Origin: Bryobacterales bacterium
GTDB taxonomy: Bacteria > Acidobacteriota > Terriglobia > Bryobacterales > UBA6623
Assembly: GCA_965214655.1 (NCBI GenBank)
Contig: OZ243965.1
Span: 1,669,716 to 1,733,715 of the forward strand
DNA: 64,000 nucleotides
Direction of reading: 5' to 3'
How positions within the stretch are numbered: position 1 is the stretch's first letter; every line of letters starts with the position of its first letter. A program made the translations under genes and the position numbers. The notes under the pieces were generated by a model. It saw only the letters and a program-made list of their open reading frames with translations, ran no database searches and was not told where the DNA came from. This document shows positions 34,986 through 45,839 of the stretch, piece after piece.

Positions 34986-35678
34986 ATGGCGCGGTTCGCT
35001 CCGGCGAAGCAAGCGGATCCCCTGCTCGACGCGTTTTGGGAGCGGGGCTTGATCCTCATGGGCAAACGCGTGGAAGAGGAGTACGCGCTGCATACGCCGA
35101 TTTTCATCAACCTGCGGCAGGGCTTGTACGACGACCTGGAGTTGCTGAATTTGCTGGGGACGGCCCTGTGCCGCAGGATCTTCGAGTTGGCGGCAGGCTC
35201 CCCAAGGCGGCAACAGGTCGTGGGCATTCCCGACACGGCGACCCCTTTGGCCCTGGCCGCCGCTCTGGCCTCCCGCGGCAACGCCGAAGCGCTGCTTTAC
35301 GGACAGCTTCGCAAACAGCCTGCGGCCTATCCCGGCGGTCAATCCGGCGCCTGCGCTTACATGGGCGTTCGCGACCCGTCGCGCGAGATCACGCTGATCG
35401 ACGACGTGATGGCCTCGGGGAAAACGAAGCTTTGGGCGATCGACTATTTGCGCGAGGCCGGGCTGGACGCGGCCCGCATCCTCGTCGTCGTCGACCGCGG
35501 GCAGGGCGGCGCCCGAATCCTTCGCGAGCGCGGATACCCGGTGCATTGCCTCTACGGCATCCGCGCCGTGATCGAGTACTATCTGGCAACCGGCCGCGTC
35601 GATGCAGGCGCCGCGCGGAAAGCGATCGATTGGCTCGACCGCCACAGGTTCTTCCCGGCGAACGCGGGCGGCGGGTGA
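34986..35678 (+). CDS. phosphoribosyltransferase family protein (PyrE-like, non-canonical)
   Basis: I place the start at ATG 34986. PRPP-binding loop ITLIDDVMASGKTK. The N-terminal region only loosely resembles OPRTase, so I do not call it pyrE. Confidence 0.6.
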   Translation: MARFAPAKQADPLLDAFWERGLILMGKRVEEEYALHTPIFINLRQGLYDDLELLNLLGTALCRRIFELAAGSPRRQQVVGIPDTATPLALAAALASRGNAEALLYGQLRKQPAAYPGGQSGACAYMGVRDPSREITLIDDVMASGKTKLWAIDYLREAGLDAARILVVVDRGQGGARILRERGYPVHCLYGIRAVIEYYLATGRVDAGAARKAIDWLDRHRFFPANAGGG

Positions 35679-35683
35679 GCGGT

Positions 35684-36916
35684 TCAGGCGGCGCCCCGGA
35701 ATCCCGTCAGCGCGACCGCAAACATGTAAAGCGAAAACAGGACGGTAACGACCAGGCCGACGTTCAACAATATGCCCGGGCGATTTTCTCCCGCCACCGA
35801 TTTTTTGTTGAGCAGGACCGTCACGAAAACGGCCAACAGCGGCATGGCGATCGGACTGACCGCTTGCGAGGCAATCATGATCCGTACGGGCTTGCCGCCG
35901 AAAACCGGGACGACCAGCCCGAACAGCGCTGCGGCGGCGACCATGACGCGAAAGACGCCGCGGCTCATGTCGCGGGGAATGCCCAGAAAATCCGAAATCA
36001 GCCACGGCCCCAACAGGTAGTTGGGAAACAGCGAGGAGAGCCCGGCGGCCAGAATGCCGAGAACGAAGCCGGTCACGGCGACACCGCCGGCGAGCGGCTC
36101 CAGGGTTTTCACCATGTCGATGGCGGCTTCGATCTCCATCCCCTTGACGTGCAGGGTCCCCGCGGCGCAAGCCATGATGGCGGCGTTGATAAAGAAAAGC
36201 AGCGTCATGGAGACCGCCGAGTCGCGGTCGACCACGGCAAGATCTTTCACCGTCCAGCCCTCTTCCTGGACCAGGACGCTGCGCGTGATCAGCACGACCG
36301 AGGCCATCGTCGTGCCGACCATGCCGGCGATCAGCAGTTTCGGGTTCCCGCTGTCGGGCATGCCGGGCATCAGGCCCGCAACAACCGCGGACGCCGCGGG
36401 CGGAACGATCGAAGCGGTAAAGAAAAAGGCCAGTCCCATCACGCTCACCAGCGCCGCGAGCACCTTCAGGAAAAAATCGTGGCGGCCGACCCAGAACAGC
36501 ATCACGAGCAGCAAGGTGAAGAAGGTCGCCGAGCCGAGCATCGGCACGGCGAAGCCGAGATACATCGCCGTCCATTCCCGCAAGACGTCGACGACGATGG
36601 CCATGACGCCGATAATCGATGCGAGCTGAGTGGCCATCAGCGAGCCGATGACGACGACGGTGACCGTGCCGCCGAAATGCCGGCGGAATACGTGCAGGAT
36701 CGTGTCGCCGGAAAGAATCGTGACGCGGCTGATGCCGACCACCATGACGTGGGTGAACAGCGAGGCCGGGATCAACGTCCAGAGCAGGGACATGCCGTAG
36801 CTCGCGCCGGCGGAAGCCATCGTGGTGACGCTGCCCGTACCGATGACGTAGCCGATGATGAAGATGCCCGGGGCCAGGGTCTTGGCCGTTGCGGCGAGAC
36901 GGCGCAGTTCCATCAA
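35684..36916 (-). CDS. Nramp-superfamily transporter, divergent (canonical DPGN/MPH metal-site motifs replaced)
   Basis: 410 aa with about 11 TM segments. LAPGIFIIGYVIGTGSVTTMASAGASYGMSLLW aligns to Nramp TM1 (..GY.DPGN..). GMVGTTMASVVL aligns to TM6 (G.T.MPHN.). Confidence 0.75.
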   Translation of the reverse strand: MMELRRLAATAKTLAPGIFIIGYVIGTGSVTTMASAGASYGMSLLWTLIPASLFTHVMVVGISRVTILSGDTILHVFRRHFGGTVTVVVIGSLMATQLASIIGVMAIVVDVLREWTAMYLGFAVPMLGSATFFTLLLVMLFWVGRHDFFLKVLAALVSVMGLAFFFTASIVPPAASAVVAGLMPGMPDSGNPKLLIAGMVGTTMASVVLITRSVLVQEEGWTVKDLAVVDRDSAVSMTLLFFINAAIMACAAGTLHVKGMEIEAAIDMVKTLEPLAGGVAVTGFVLGILAAGLSSLFPNYLLGPWLISDFLGIPRDMSRGVFRVMVAAAALFGLVVPVFGGKPVRIMIASQAVSPIAMPLLAVFVTVLLNKKSVAGENRPGILLNVGLVVTVLFSLYMFAVALTGFRGAA

Positions 36917-36982
36917 GCCGGAAGCTTAACACGGCGCCCGGGGCGGCCGCCGGGCATCTTCCGCGCCGAGCGGCGGCGGGCG

Positions 36983-36995
36983 TCAGCGATCGCCC
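36983..36995. repeat. 13-nt direct repeat TCAGCGATCGCCC, copy 1 (contains the palindrome GCGATCGC)
   Basis: Exact second copy at 37030-37042. Both lie in the divergent intergenic region between the Nramp-like gene and the M16 peptidase gene. Confidence 0.6.
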
Positions 36996-37029
36996 AGGGC
37001 GTAACGCATTGCTGCCGAGTATCGAGTTC

Positions 37030-37042
37030 TCAGCGATCGCCC
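37030..37042. repeat. 13-nt direct repeat TCAGCGATCGCCC, copy 2
   Basis: Identical to 36983-36995, 47 nt start to start. Confidence 0.6.
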
Positions 37043-37095
37043 GCGCCGGCGTGACAACCAAATCGGGCCGCAGTCCGTCATAATCGAAGGTGAGC

Positions 37096-38667
37096 ATGAG
37101 AGCCGTCAGAATTTTACGTTTGTTTTTTGCGGTTGCGCTTGCCGCGGCCGCGCTTTTCGGCCAGCGGGTGGAGGTCGAGGAGTTCACCCTCGACAACGGC
37201 ATGAGCTTTCTGTTGCTGCCGCGCAAGGGAGACCCGAACGTCGCCGCGGGCTGGGTGGCGAAGGTCGGCTCGGTCAACGAGCGGCCCGGCGTCACCGGCG
37301 TGGCGCATCTCTTCGAGCACATGATGTTCAAGGGAACGCGCACGATCGGCACGAAGGACATCGAGCAGGACTTGGCTACCATCGAGCGGCTCGACGCTCT
37401 GCGCAAGCGGATTCAGGCCGAGGAAACGGCGCTGATCGAAAAACACCGGCGGGGAACGATCGACGATCCCAAGAATCCCCAAAACAGAAGCGCGGCCCAC
37501 ACCGCGCTCATCGAGCAATTCGAGGAAGCGATTCGGCAGCAGCGGGAATTGACCGTCAAGGACGAGTTCGACCGGATCTATACCGCGGCCGGGGCCTCGG
37601 GCATGAACGCCGGAACGACGAACGATTTCACGATTTATTTCATCAACGTCCCGGCCAACAAGCTGGAGTTGTGGTTCTGGATGGAGTCCGACCGGTTGAC
37701 GAACCCGGTTTTCCGCGAGTTCTATTCCGAGCGGGACGTCGTGCACGAAGAGCGCCGGCTGCGGGTCGATTCCACGCCTACGGGCAAGCTCGACGAGCAG
37801 TTCGATTCGATGTTCTGGCAGTCGTCGCCCTACAACTGGCCCGTCATCGGCTGGCCCAGCGACCTGGAGGGCATCACGCGCGAGGAAGCCCTGGAGTTCT
37901 TTTCGATCTACTACGCCCCGAACAACATCACGGCGGCGATCGTCGGCGACTTCGACGCGCAGCAGGCCAAGGCATGGGCGCAGCAGTATTTCGGGCGTCT
38001 GCAGCGCGGGTCCGCGGCGCCCGAGCCGGTGCGTACGCGCGAGGTCGCCCAACAGGCGGAGAAGCGCATGACCGGCTACGCGGAAACGCGTCCGACGGTG
38101 CGCCTGCGCTACCACACGGTTGCCGACGCTCATGCGGACGAGCCGCCTTTGCTGGTTCTTTCCGCGCTGCTCAACGGGCGCACCGGGCGGCTGTACAAGT
38201 CTTTGGTCCTGGAGCAGAAAGTGGCGGCGCAGGCCGGCGCGGGAGTCAACGGCCTCAAATTCGACGGCTACTTCGAGTTGAGGGGCGTTGCCGCCCCGGG
38301 CCACACTCCGGAGGAAGTCGAAAAGGCGTTGCTCGCGGAGGTCGAGGTCATGCAGAAAGAACCGGTCGGCGCGCGGGAATTGCAGAAGGTCAAGAACCAG
38401 CAGCTTGCCGGCGACTTCCGCAAGCTGCGCTCGAAGTTCGGGCTCATGGTGCAATTGCTGAGTTACGAAGCGTTGGGCGAATGGGAGAACATCAACCGGT
38501 TTTCCGACCGCATCCAGGCCGTCACTCCCGAAGATGTCCAGCGGGTCGCCAAGAAATACTTTTTCGACGCGAACAAGAACGTAGCCGTCTATTACACGAA
38601 AGAAGGCGCAACCGCCCCGCGAGGCCGAAGACCGGGCCCTGCGGGCCGCGCGGGAGGTGGACGATGA
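37096..38667 (+). CDS. M16 family (pitrilysin/insulinase) zinc peptidase, catalytic subunit
   Basis: Signal peptide MRAVRILRLFFAVALAAAALFGQ. HxxEH zinc motif in GVAHLFEHMMFKGT. GTG 37090 is an alternative start. Confidence 0.88.
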   Translation: MRAVRILRLFFAVALAAAALFGQRVEVEEFTLDNGMSFLLLPRKGDPNVAAGWVAKVGSVNERPGVTGVAHLFEHMMFKGTRTIGTKDIEQDLATIERLDALRKRIQAEETALIEKHRRGTIDDPKNPQNRSAAHTALIEQFEEAIRQQRELTVKDEFDRIYTAAGASGMNAGTTNDFTIYFINVPANKLELWFWMESDRLTNPVFREFYSERDVVHEERRLRVDSTPTGKLDEQFDSMFWQSSPYNWPVIGWPSDLEGITREEALEFFSIYYAPNNITAAIVGDFDAQQAKAWAQQYFGRLQRGSAAPEPVRTREVAQQAEKRMTGYAETRPTVRLRYHTVADAHADEPPLLVLSALLNGRTGRLYKSLVLEQKVAAQAGAGVNGLKFDGYFELRGVAAPGHTPEEVEKALLAEVEVMQKEPVGARELQKVKNQQLAGDFRKLRSKFGLMVQLLSYEALGEWENINRFSDRIQAVTPEDVQRVAKKYFFDANKNVAVYYTKEGATAPRGRRPGPAGRAGGGR

Positions 38668-40163
38668 AGCGGCGCGATTGGATACGAACGGCGGCGGGCG
38701 CGGCCGCCTCGGCCGCGTGGGTTCGGGCGGCTGACGTGCCCGCTCATCCGCGGGATCTGCAGTTTCCGGCCCTGAGCTTCGAGCCTCCCGCGGCGGACGA
38801 ATACCGCCGCGACTTGAGCGGAGGAGCGTCGGCGTATCTGGTCGAAGACCATCAATTGCCGCTGATTACGGTCTCCGTGACCGTGCGCACGGGCGACTAC
38901 CTGGTTCCCCGCGAGCATCTGGGGCTGGCCGGATTTACCGGCGGTCAAATGCGCTCGGGCGGCACGAAAACGATGTCGGCGCGCGAATTCGACGAAGAGG
39001 CCGCCTTCCTGGCCACGCAGATCTCGTCGAGCATCGGAGCGACCTCGGGCGGGGCGTCGGTCAATTGCCTGAAGCAGAATCTGGGCGCCTCGCTGGCAAT
39101 GTTCTTCGACATGCTGAAGAACCCCGGGTTCGACCCGGAGCGGCTTGAAATTTCCCGTACGCGGACTTTGCAGGGGATGCAGCGGCGCAACGATCAGTTG
39201 CGCAGCATCCAGCGCCGGGAATTTTCCCGCCTGATGCGCGGCGACAACCATTTCACGACCAAGCAATCGACCGAAGCGACCGTGAAGTCGATCGTTCCCG
39301 AACTCATGCGGGATTTTCACCGCAGCTACTACCATCCCTCGCGCTTCATCTTCGCCGTATCGGGCGACTTCGACACGGACGACATGGCGCGGCGTCTGAA
39401 CGCCGCCCTGGAAGACGGTTGGTCCGGCGGCGCCAAGGACCCCGGCAAGATTCCGGCGCCCGATCACGCTCCCCAAGCGGGAGTCTACACCGTCGACAAG
39501 ATCGGGCGCGACGTCAACCAATCTCATGTCGCCATCGGACATTTGGGCATCGCCCGCTCGAATCCCGACCATATCGCCGTCGGCATCATGAACGACATTC
39601 TGGGCGGCGGCGGGTTCATTTCCCGCATCATGTCGCGGGTGCGCTCGGACGAGGGCCTGGCCTACAGCGCCGGTTCTTCGTTTCGGGCGGGAACTTACTA
39701 CCCGGGGCTGTTTCAGGCGGGGTTCCAATCCAGGAACCCTACCTGCGCGCAAGCGGCCGCGATCGTTTTCGAAGAGATCGACCGCATCCGCAGCGAAAAA
39801 GTCTCGGCAATGGAGATCGACACGGCCAAGAACTCGGCGATCGAGATATTCCCGCGGTTTTTCGCGACGGCGGGCCAAGTGGCGGGAACGTTCGCCGCGG
39901 ACGAATACACGCAGCGGGAAACCGGCTATTGGGAGAAATACCGCGAGCGCGTGGCGGACGTCAGCATCGACGATGTGTTGCGCGCGGCGCAGAAATATCT
40001 GCGCCCCGAAGAACTGGTCGTGCTCGGGGTAGGCGATCGGGACGCGATGCTTGCCGGGAACCCCGACAGGCCCGATTACAGCTTCGACAAGTTCGCCCGG
40101 GGGGGCGCGATTCACGAGATTCCGTTGCCCGACCCGATGACCATGGAATACCCGGAAGTCTGA
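38664..40163 (+). CDS. M16 family peptidase-like protein, non-catalytic partner
   Basis: ATG 38664 overlaps the upstream stop as ATGA. Tat-like MKRRDWIRTAAGAAASAAWV. M16 fold blocks are present but there is no HxxEH. Confidence 0.82.
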   Translation: MKRRDWIRTAAGAAASAAWVRAADVPAHPRDLQFPALSFEPPAADEYRRDLSGGASAYLVEDHQLPLITVSVTVRTGDYLVPREHLGLAGFTGGQMRSGGTKTMSAREFDEEAAFLATQISSSIGATSGGASVNCLKQNLGASLAMFFDMLKNPGFDPERLEISRTRTLQGMQRRNDQLRSIQRREFSRLMRGDNHFTTKQSTEATVKSIVPELMRDFHRSYYHPSRFIFAVSGDFDTDDMARRLNAALEDGWSGGAKDPGKIPAPDHAPQAGVYTVDKIGRDVNQSHVAIGHLGIARSNPDHIAVGIMNDILGGGGFISRIMSRVRSDEGLAYSAGSSFRAGTYYPGLFQAGFQSRNPTCAQAAAIVFEEIDRIRSEKVSAMEIDTAKNSAIEIFPRFFATAGQVAGTFAADEYTQRETGYWEKYRERVADVSIDDVLRAAQKYLRPEELVVLGVGDRDAMLAGNPDRPDYSFDKFARGGAIHEIPLPDPMTMEYPEV

Positions 40164-40178
40164 TCCGGCGGCGGGCGG

Positions 40179-43100
40179 TCACTCCTTGGTGATTGTCTCG
40201 TCGAGGTTGAGGATGAGGCTGGCCAGCGTCGTGTAGGCGGCCCATTCCGCGGGTGGGAACGCTTCATCGGCCGGGCGGGCGCCTTGGGCCAACAAGGCTT
40301 GCGCCGCGGCTTCGTCGCTCTCGAAGCGGGAGCGCTGATAGCGGAATCCCTCGACCATGACGGCCAACTCCGCCGGACTCGGCCGGCGGGCCGCGGCCAG
40401 CCTGAAAGCATGGCTCAAGCGGGCTTCGACGCCGGCGTCCGTCTCGCGCATGACGCGCGCGGCCAAGGCCCTGGCGGCTTCGAAGAAGGCGAAGTCGTTC
40501 ATCAGGTTGAGCGCCTGCAGCGGCGTGTTCGTGCGCACGGCGCGCACCGTGCAGGCTTCGCGGCCGGCGGAATCGAAGTTCATCATCGACGGCGGGGGCA
40601 CGGCGCGTTTCCAGAATGTGTAGAGTCCGCGGCGGTAGAGATTCTCGGCTTCGTCCATCTGGTAATCTTTCGTGCCCGCCAACTCGCTCCATAGTCCCGG
40701 GGGCTGGTAGGGCTTGACTGAAGGGCCGCCGATCTTTTCGACCAACAGGCCCGAAATGGCCAGCGCCTGGTCGCGGACGGCCTCGGCAGGCAGGCGGAAG
40801 CGCGGCCCGCGGGCCAGCAAACGGTTTTCCGGGTCGCGCTCGACCCCCGCGCCGACGGCGCGGGACGACTGCCGGTAGACGGCGCTGGTAACGATCGTCT
40901 TCAGGATATGCTTCACGTCCCAGCCCGATTCCATGAACTCGACCGCGAGCCAGTCGAGCAACTGCGGGTGCGTCGGCCACTCGCCTTGCGAGCCGAAGTC
41001 TTCGACGGTCTTGACGATGCCGGTTCCGAACAGCATCTGCCAGAACCGGTTGACCGTTACGCGCGCCGTCAGCGGGTTGTCGCGAGAGACCACCCAGCGC
41101 GCGAACTCCAGGCGGTTGCGCGGGGACTGCCCGGCCAGAACGGCCGGCACGCCGGGTTGCACCTCCTCGGCCGGCGCATCGTAGGCGCCGCGGTCGAGGC
41201 GGTAGGTTTTGCGCGGAACCCGCCGTTCGCGCATCACCATCACGGTGGGGATCGAGTCGGAAAACCGCTGCCGCCTGTCTTCCAGGCCGCGGATTTTCGC
41301 GGTCAGCGCGACGAGCTCCGCCGGGCCGAAACGGTTGGCGTACGCCCGGTCGAGCTTGCGCTGCGCCGCCGGGCTGCGCCGTCCCTCTGGAACGGCGGCC
41401 AACCGGTCGATGCGCTCGCGCACGGCCTCGACTTCGATCTCTTCCGGAGTCAAGGCTCGGCTCCACACGGAAACGCGGTCCATAAGTCCCTGGAAGCCGA
41501 GGCCGAGGCCGCGACCGATTCTGAGCGGTTCCTTCGACTTGATTTCCTGATTCATCTCGTCGCGGACGATCTTCTTGGCGACGGGTTTCCCATCGATGTA
41601 GAGAGTCACGCCCGCAGCGAGGCGGCTGCCGTCGTAGGTGAACGCTACGTGCCGCCATTCGTTGAGGGCGACCTGCGGTTCGGAATCGATTCTCAAGCAA
41701 TCGTCCAACCAGCGGTTGATGAGGTTGACCTGCAAGCGGCCGTCCTTGAGATAGAAGCCCCAGCCGGGGTTGCTCTGGGTGTCTTCTTCCGCGGAGATGT
41801 CGCGGGTTCGCGCTACGATCGCTCCGTCTGCCGAGGAAGGACGAATCCAGGCGCTCGCGCTGAAGCGGTCATAGAAGCTGAAGTTGCCGGTATCGCCGAG
41901 CGCGACGGACCGCTTTCCGTCGAAAGAATTCTCCCCCTCGCCGTTCCAGGCGGCGATTCGGCGCCGGTCGTCCGTCCAATCGGCGGGGGCGGCGGCAACG
42001 GCGCGCTCCCAGTCCAGGCGGTCTCGGCGCCCTGCTTCGATCAGCGCCGCGCGCCGCCGCTTCAGCGCGTCGAGCTCGGCGGACATTGCCGCCAGCGATT
42101 CCTGCTGCTCGGCCGTAGGCGCCTGCACGAACGGCGGGGAGTTGCCGTACTTGAACGCTTTGCCTTTTTCCGGCACGTTGTTGAAGTAGGCGAACATGCC
42201 GTAGAACTCCTTCTGCGTGAAGGGGTCGTATTTATGGTCGTGGCAACGCGCGCAGCTCATGGTGACGCCGAGCCAGACGGTCGATGTCGTGTCGACGCGG
42301 TCGACCACGTATTCAACCGCGTATTCCGCGTCGACGATGCCGCCTTCCCCGTTGCCGCGATGATTGCGGTTGAACCCGGTGGCGACGATCTGGTCGAGGG
42401 TGGCGTCGGGCAGCATATCGCCGGCCAACTGCTCCACGGTGAACTCGTCGAAGGGCTTGTTTGCGTTGAAGGCGTCGATCACCCAGTCGCGCCAGCGCCA
42501 CATCGAGCGCTCGGCGTCGGTCTGGTAGCCGTTGGTATCGGCGTAGCGCGCCGCGTCGAGCCAGCGCGCCGCCATGCGCTCGCCGTAGCGGGGAGAGGCC
42601 AGCAGGCGGTCGACGACCTGCTCGTAGGCGTCCGGCGAGCGATCCGCCAGGAAGGCGTCGATTTCTTCAGGCGAAGGGGGCAGGCCGTTCAGGTCGAGGC
42701 TGACGCGGCGGATCAGCGTTTCGCGGGCCGCCGGGGGCGACAGGGAGAGACCCTCGCTTTCCAGCCGCTTCAAGACGAAGGCATCGATCGGGTTCCTTGC
42801 CCGGCCCGCTTGCCGCACCGCCGGCGCCTGCGGATATTGGGGAGGGACGAACGCCCAATGCCCGCTCCATTCCGCGCCTTGCGCGATCCAGGTTTCGATC
42901 AGCTCGATCTCGGCTGGGGTCAGCTTGGCGTGGCCGGCGTAGGCGGGAGGCATGCGGCGGGCCGGGTCGCTGCTGCTGACGCGCATGTAGAGTTCGCTGC
43001 CCGCGGGGTCTCCCGGAACGATAATCTCCCGCCCGGAGCCGGAGTCGATGCGGATGCCGTCCGCAGTGTCCAGACGGAGTTTCGTGGTGCGGTTCGCTGC

Positions 43101-43226
43101 GTCCGGACCATGGCAGGTAAAACACTTGTCGGAGAAAATGGGACGGATATCCTTGCTGAACCGAACGGTAGCCGCGCCGGCGAAGCTGCACAAGGCGAAT
43201 GCCGGCAGGAAAAGCGTGATGCGCAT
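40179..43226 (-). CDS. PSCyt1-DUF1549-LamG-DUF1553 domain protein
   Basis: 1015 aa with a signal peptide. [21 protein letters not shown] (PSCyt1), [13 protein letters not shown] (DUF1549), a central concanavalin/LamG-like segment ([23 protein letters not shown]) and a DUF1553-like C-terminus. Confidence 0.85.
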   Translation of the reverse strand: MRITLFLPAFALCSFAGAATVRFSKDIRPIFSDKCFTCHGPDAANRTTKLRLDTADGIRIDSGSGREIIVPGDPAGSELYMRVSSSDPARRMPPAYAGHAKLTPAEIELIETWIAQGAEWSGHWAFVPPQYPQAPAVRQAGRARNPIDAFVLKRLESEGLSLSPPAARETLIRRVSLDLNGLPPSPEEIDAFLADRSPDAYEQVVDRLLASPRYGERMAARWLDAARYADTNGYQTDAERSMWRWRDWVIDAFNANKPFDEFTVEQLAGDMLPDATLDQIVATGFNRNHRGNGEGGIVDAEYAVEYVVDRVDTTSTVWLGVTMSCARCHDHKYDPFTQKEFYGMFAYFNNVPEKGKAFKYGNSPPFVQAPTAEQQESLAAMSAELDALKRRRAALIEAGRRDRLDWERAVAAAPADWTDDRRRIAAWNGEGENSFDGKRSVALGDTGNFSFYDRFSASAWIRPSSADGAIVARTRDISAEEDTQSNPGWGFYLKDGRLQVNLINRWLDDCLRIDSEPQVALNEWRHVAFTYDGSRLAAGVTLYIDGKPVAKKIVRDEMNQEIKSKEPLRIGRGLGLGFQGLMDRVSVWSRALTPEEIEVEAVRERIDRLAAVPEGRRSPAAQRKLDRAYANRFGPAELVALTAKIRGLEDRRQRFSDSIPTVMVMRERRVPRKTYRLDRGAYDAPAEEVQPGVPAVLAGQSPRNRLEFARWVVSRDNPLTARVTVNRFWQMLFGTGIVKTVEDFGSQGEWPTHPQLLDWLAVEFMESGWDVKHILKTIVTSAVYRQSSRAVGAGVERDPENRLLARGPRFRLPAEAVRDQALAISGLLVEKIGGPSVKPYQPPGLWSELAGTKDYQMDEAENLYRRGLYTFWKRAVPPPSMMNFDSAGREACTVRAVRTNTPLQALNLMNDFAFFEAARALAARVMRETDAGVEARLSHAFRLAAARRPSPAELAVMVEGFRYQRSRFESDEAAAQALLAQGARPADEAFPPAEWAAYTTLASLILNLDETITKE

Positions 43227-43268
43227 TCTGGATTGAATTATAAGACCTGTCGCTCGCGAGTTGCGGCG

Positions 43269-43799
43269 CTACATCAGCTTGGGGCCGGCCACGCGGCTGA
43301 TCGTCGCCACGGCATGCGCTTCCGCCGCCTGACCGAGGCCGATCGGCCCCACCCCTTCCGCGCTCTTCGCCTTGATGCTGACGGCTTCGCGCTCGATTTT
43401 CAAGATCCCGGCGACATTTTTGCAGATCAGCTCGCGGTAAGGCAGAATCTTCGGTTTTTCAATAACGATTACCGTGTCCACGTTGACGGTCTTCCAGCCG
43501 TAGCCTTCGAGCAGCTCTCTTGCATGCCGCAAAAAGATCGAGCTGTCGGCGTCTTTCCACTGCTCGTCGAAAGGCGGAAAGAGTTCTCCGATGTCGCCCA
43601 TCGACGCCGCTCCGAGCAGCGCGTCGGTGACCGCGTGCAGCAGAATGTCCGCATCCGAATGCCCGGACAACCCCTTCTCGAAGGGGATTTCGACGCCGCC
43701 GAGAATCAATTTCCTTCCGGCGGTCAAGCGGTGCAGATCGTAGCCCACGCCCGTGCGGAACTCGCGCCGGTCGATGCTCGGGATCGGCGGCGCGCTCAT
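43269..43799 (-). CDS. ispF: 2-C-methyl-D-erythritol 2,4-cyclodiphosphate synthase
   Basis: 176 aa with GVGYDLHRL, GHSDADILLHAVTDALLGA and DIGELFP. ATGA overlap with the ispD stop. Confidence 0.93.
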   Translation of the reverse strand: MSAPPIPSIDRREFRTGVGYDLHRLTAGRKLILGGVEIPFEKGLSGHSDADILLHAVTDALLGAASMGDIGELFPPFDEQWKDADSSIFLRHARELLEGYGWKTVNVDTVIVIEKPKILPYRELICKNVAGILKIEREAVSIKAKSAEGVGPIGLGQAAEAHAVATISRVAGPKLM

Positions 43800-44515
43800 C
43801 TTCGGGACGCCCGCCTCTCTTCTTCATGGAAGAGCCGCGCCAGGGCCATGTCGCCGGGGCGCGTGATCTTGATATTGCGGTCGCTCCCGCGCATGACCTG
43901 AACGTCTACGTTCAGATGCTCCACCAAGCCGGCTTCGTCGGTGCCGAGAAACCCGTCGCGCTCCGCACGGTCGAAGGCGCGTTCGAGCAACTCCTTGCGG
44001 AAAACCTGCGGCGTTTGCGCCAGCATGATCCGCTCGCGCGGCAACGTCGCTTCGATCGTGTCCCGCCTGACTTGCTTGATTGTCTCCACCGCGGGCATGC
44101 CTAGAATTACGGCGCCGGACTCGGCGGCTTTGGCGATCGCCGCTTCAATCAGATCGATCGGAACGAAGGGGCGGACCCCATCGTGAACCGCCACGATGTC
44201 GATCCCTGCGGAAACGGCGCGCAGACCGTTGCGCACCGACTCTTGCCGGTTGCGGCCGCCGGCGACCGTGCGGATGCTTTTCGCAGCGCTTTCCGCAGCC
44301 AAGCCGCCGGCCACCTCCGCGACGTCTTCCGCCGGAACGACAACGAGGATCTCCTCGACGCTCGGAGCGGCTAGAAATTTGCCGATCGTGTGCGCCAGAA
44401 TGGACGCGCCGCCGAGCGGCATGAACTGCTTGCGGCCGGTTCCGAACTGCTCGCAGGCTTCCTTTCCCATCCGCGTCCCCAGCCCCGCTGCCGGAAGTAT
44501 TGCAGCGACTCTCAT
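43796..44515 (-). CDS. ispD: 2-C-methyl-D-erythritol 4-phosphate cytidylyltransferase
   Basis: 239 aa with MRVAAILPAAGLGTRMG, VAVHDGVRPF and ETIKQV. Confidence 0.9.
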   Translation of the reverse strand: MRVAAILPAAGLGTRMGKEACEQFGTGRKQFMPLGGASILAHTIGKFLAAPSVEEILVVVPAEDVAEVAGGLAAESAAKSIRTVAGGRNRQESVRNGLRAVSAGIDIVAVHDGVRPFVPIDLIEAAIAKAAESGAVILGMPAVETIKQVRRDTIEATLPRERIMLAQTPQVFRKELLERAFDRAERDGFLGTDEAGLVEHLNVDVQVMRGSDRNIKITRPGDMALARLFHEEERRASRR

Positions 44516-44524
44516 GAAACGGAA

Positions 44525-45667
44525 TCAGCGCCCGGCATGCTCGATCTTGTGATGTCTCGAACGGTGCGCCCCCGGCCGCCGCGCGTCGGCCGGGTCCAAC
44601 TCTTCAGCCGGGTCGACGGATTGCGCAGGATTCGCTTGCCGGAAACGCTGACTCCCGGCGGCCGGCGGGCGGTGTGCGGCGGCGCGGTCGTCGTAGCGTC
44701 CGAAGATCATCTTGCCGGCAGTCGTTTGCAGAACGCTCGTGACCGAGATATCGATCTTCTTCGAGATCTGCTTCCTGGCGTTGTCGACTACCACCATCGT
44801 GCCGTCGTCGAGATAGGCGACGCCCTGGTTGTATTCCTTGCCCTCTTTGCTGATGAAGACCTGCATCGTCTCGCCGGGCAGAACGACCGGCTTCAAGGAG
44901 TTGGCGAGCTCGTTCAGGTTGAGAATCGCAACGCCGTGCAAGCGAGCCACCTTGTTGAGGTTGAAGTCTTGGGTAACGATTTTGCCCTCGGTCTCCTTGG
45001 CCAGCTCGATGAGCTTGAGGTCCACTTCCTTGAGCGGCGGGTAATCGTTTTCGACGATCGAGACGTCGATGTTCGGGGCGTTCTGGAGCCGCTGGAGAAT
45101 GTCCAGTCCCCGGCGGCCGCGGTTGCGGCGCGAGCTGTCCGACGAGTCTGCTATGGCTTGCAACTCCCACAAGACGAATTGCGGGATAACCAGAGTTCCG
45201 TCGAGAAAACCCGTCTCGGCTACGTCGGCGATGCGTCCGTCGATGATCACGCTGGTGTCGAGAATCTTGGCCGTAGAGGAAGGCGGCGGCTTTTCGACCG
45301 CGGAGCCGGCGATTTTCCCCGCAAGCAGCGCGTCTGCTTTGCCGCCTCCGAGCAGCAGCCCCAGGTACGCCGCCGGCAACAGAATGCCGATCTGCAGGTA
45401 GGACGCCCCCGGCGAATCGCTTGCCGCGCCGATGACAAGGATTGCCGGACAAGCCGCCAGTATGCCGGCCAGCAGCCCCGCGGCCGCGGCGATCAGCCGC
45501 CGCGCCTCGACGCGATGGAGGCGCATCTCCAGAAAGATTACGGCGGCGGCCAGCAGCGCGCCGCAGACGCCGCCGATCCGCGGCCCCAGCCCGAACGGTT
45601 CAAGGGCAACGGACAGCAGAGTAAACGCCGCAGCGAAAAGGACTCGGAAGACCCACAGTTCCTTCAC
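44525..45667 (-). CDS. PIN/TRAM domain membrane protein (YacL-like)
   Basis: 380 aa. N-terminal TM helices, PIN block [15 protein letters not shown]...[10 protein letters not shown] and a TRAM-like C-terminus ([30 protein letters not shown]). It lies upstream of ispDF, as in many bacteria. Confidence 0.8.
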   Translation of the reverse strand: MKELWVFRVLFAAAFTLLSVALEPFGLGPRIGGVCGALLAAAVIFLEMRLHRVEARRLIAAAAGLLAGILAACPAILVIGAASDSPGASYLQIGILLPAAYLGLLLGGGKADALLAGKIAGSAVEKPPPSSTAKILDTSVIIDGRIADVAETGFLDGTLVIPQFVLWELQAIADSSDSSRRNRGRRGLDILQRLQNAPNIDVSIVENDYPPLKEVDLKLIELAKETEGKIVTQDFNLNKVARLHGVAILNLNELANSLKPVVLPGETMQVFISKEGKEYNQGVAYLDDGTMVVVDNARKQISKKIDISVTSVLQTTAGKMIFGRYDDRAAAHRPPAAGSQRFRQANPAQSVDPAEELDPADARRPGAHRSRHHKIEHAGR

Positions 45668-45839
45668 GCTTCAATCCCCCCGACCGCCGCCGCGGAGAAT
45701 TCGTCGCTCACGGGAGACTGCCATCGTATCCACGAGTTGTGCGTCTAGGGACGGATTAGTATACCACCGCTCGCGGGAGAGGCTCTTTTCCCTGCGCGGC
45801 TTGGACCTGGTCCAAGCCCTTCGCGCCGACTCGGCGCGG

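Noticed and set aside
36917-37095. Possible Mn-responsive (yybP-ykoY-type) riboswitch or other structured leader upstream of the Nramp-like gene.
   Set aside because: I could not find the conserved riboswitch core sequences by eye. The transporter itself lacks the canonical Mn-binding residues. Only the 13-nt direct repeats are reported.
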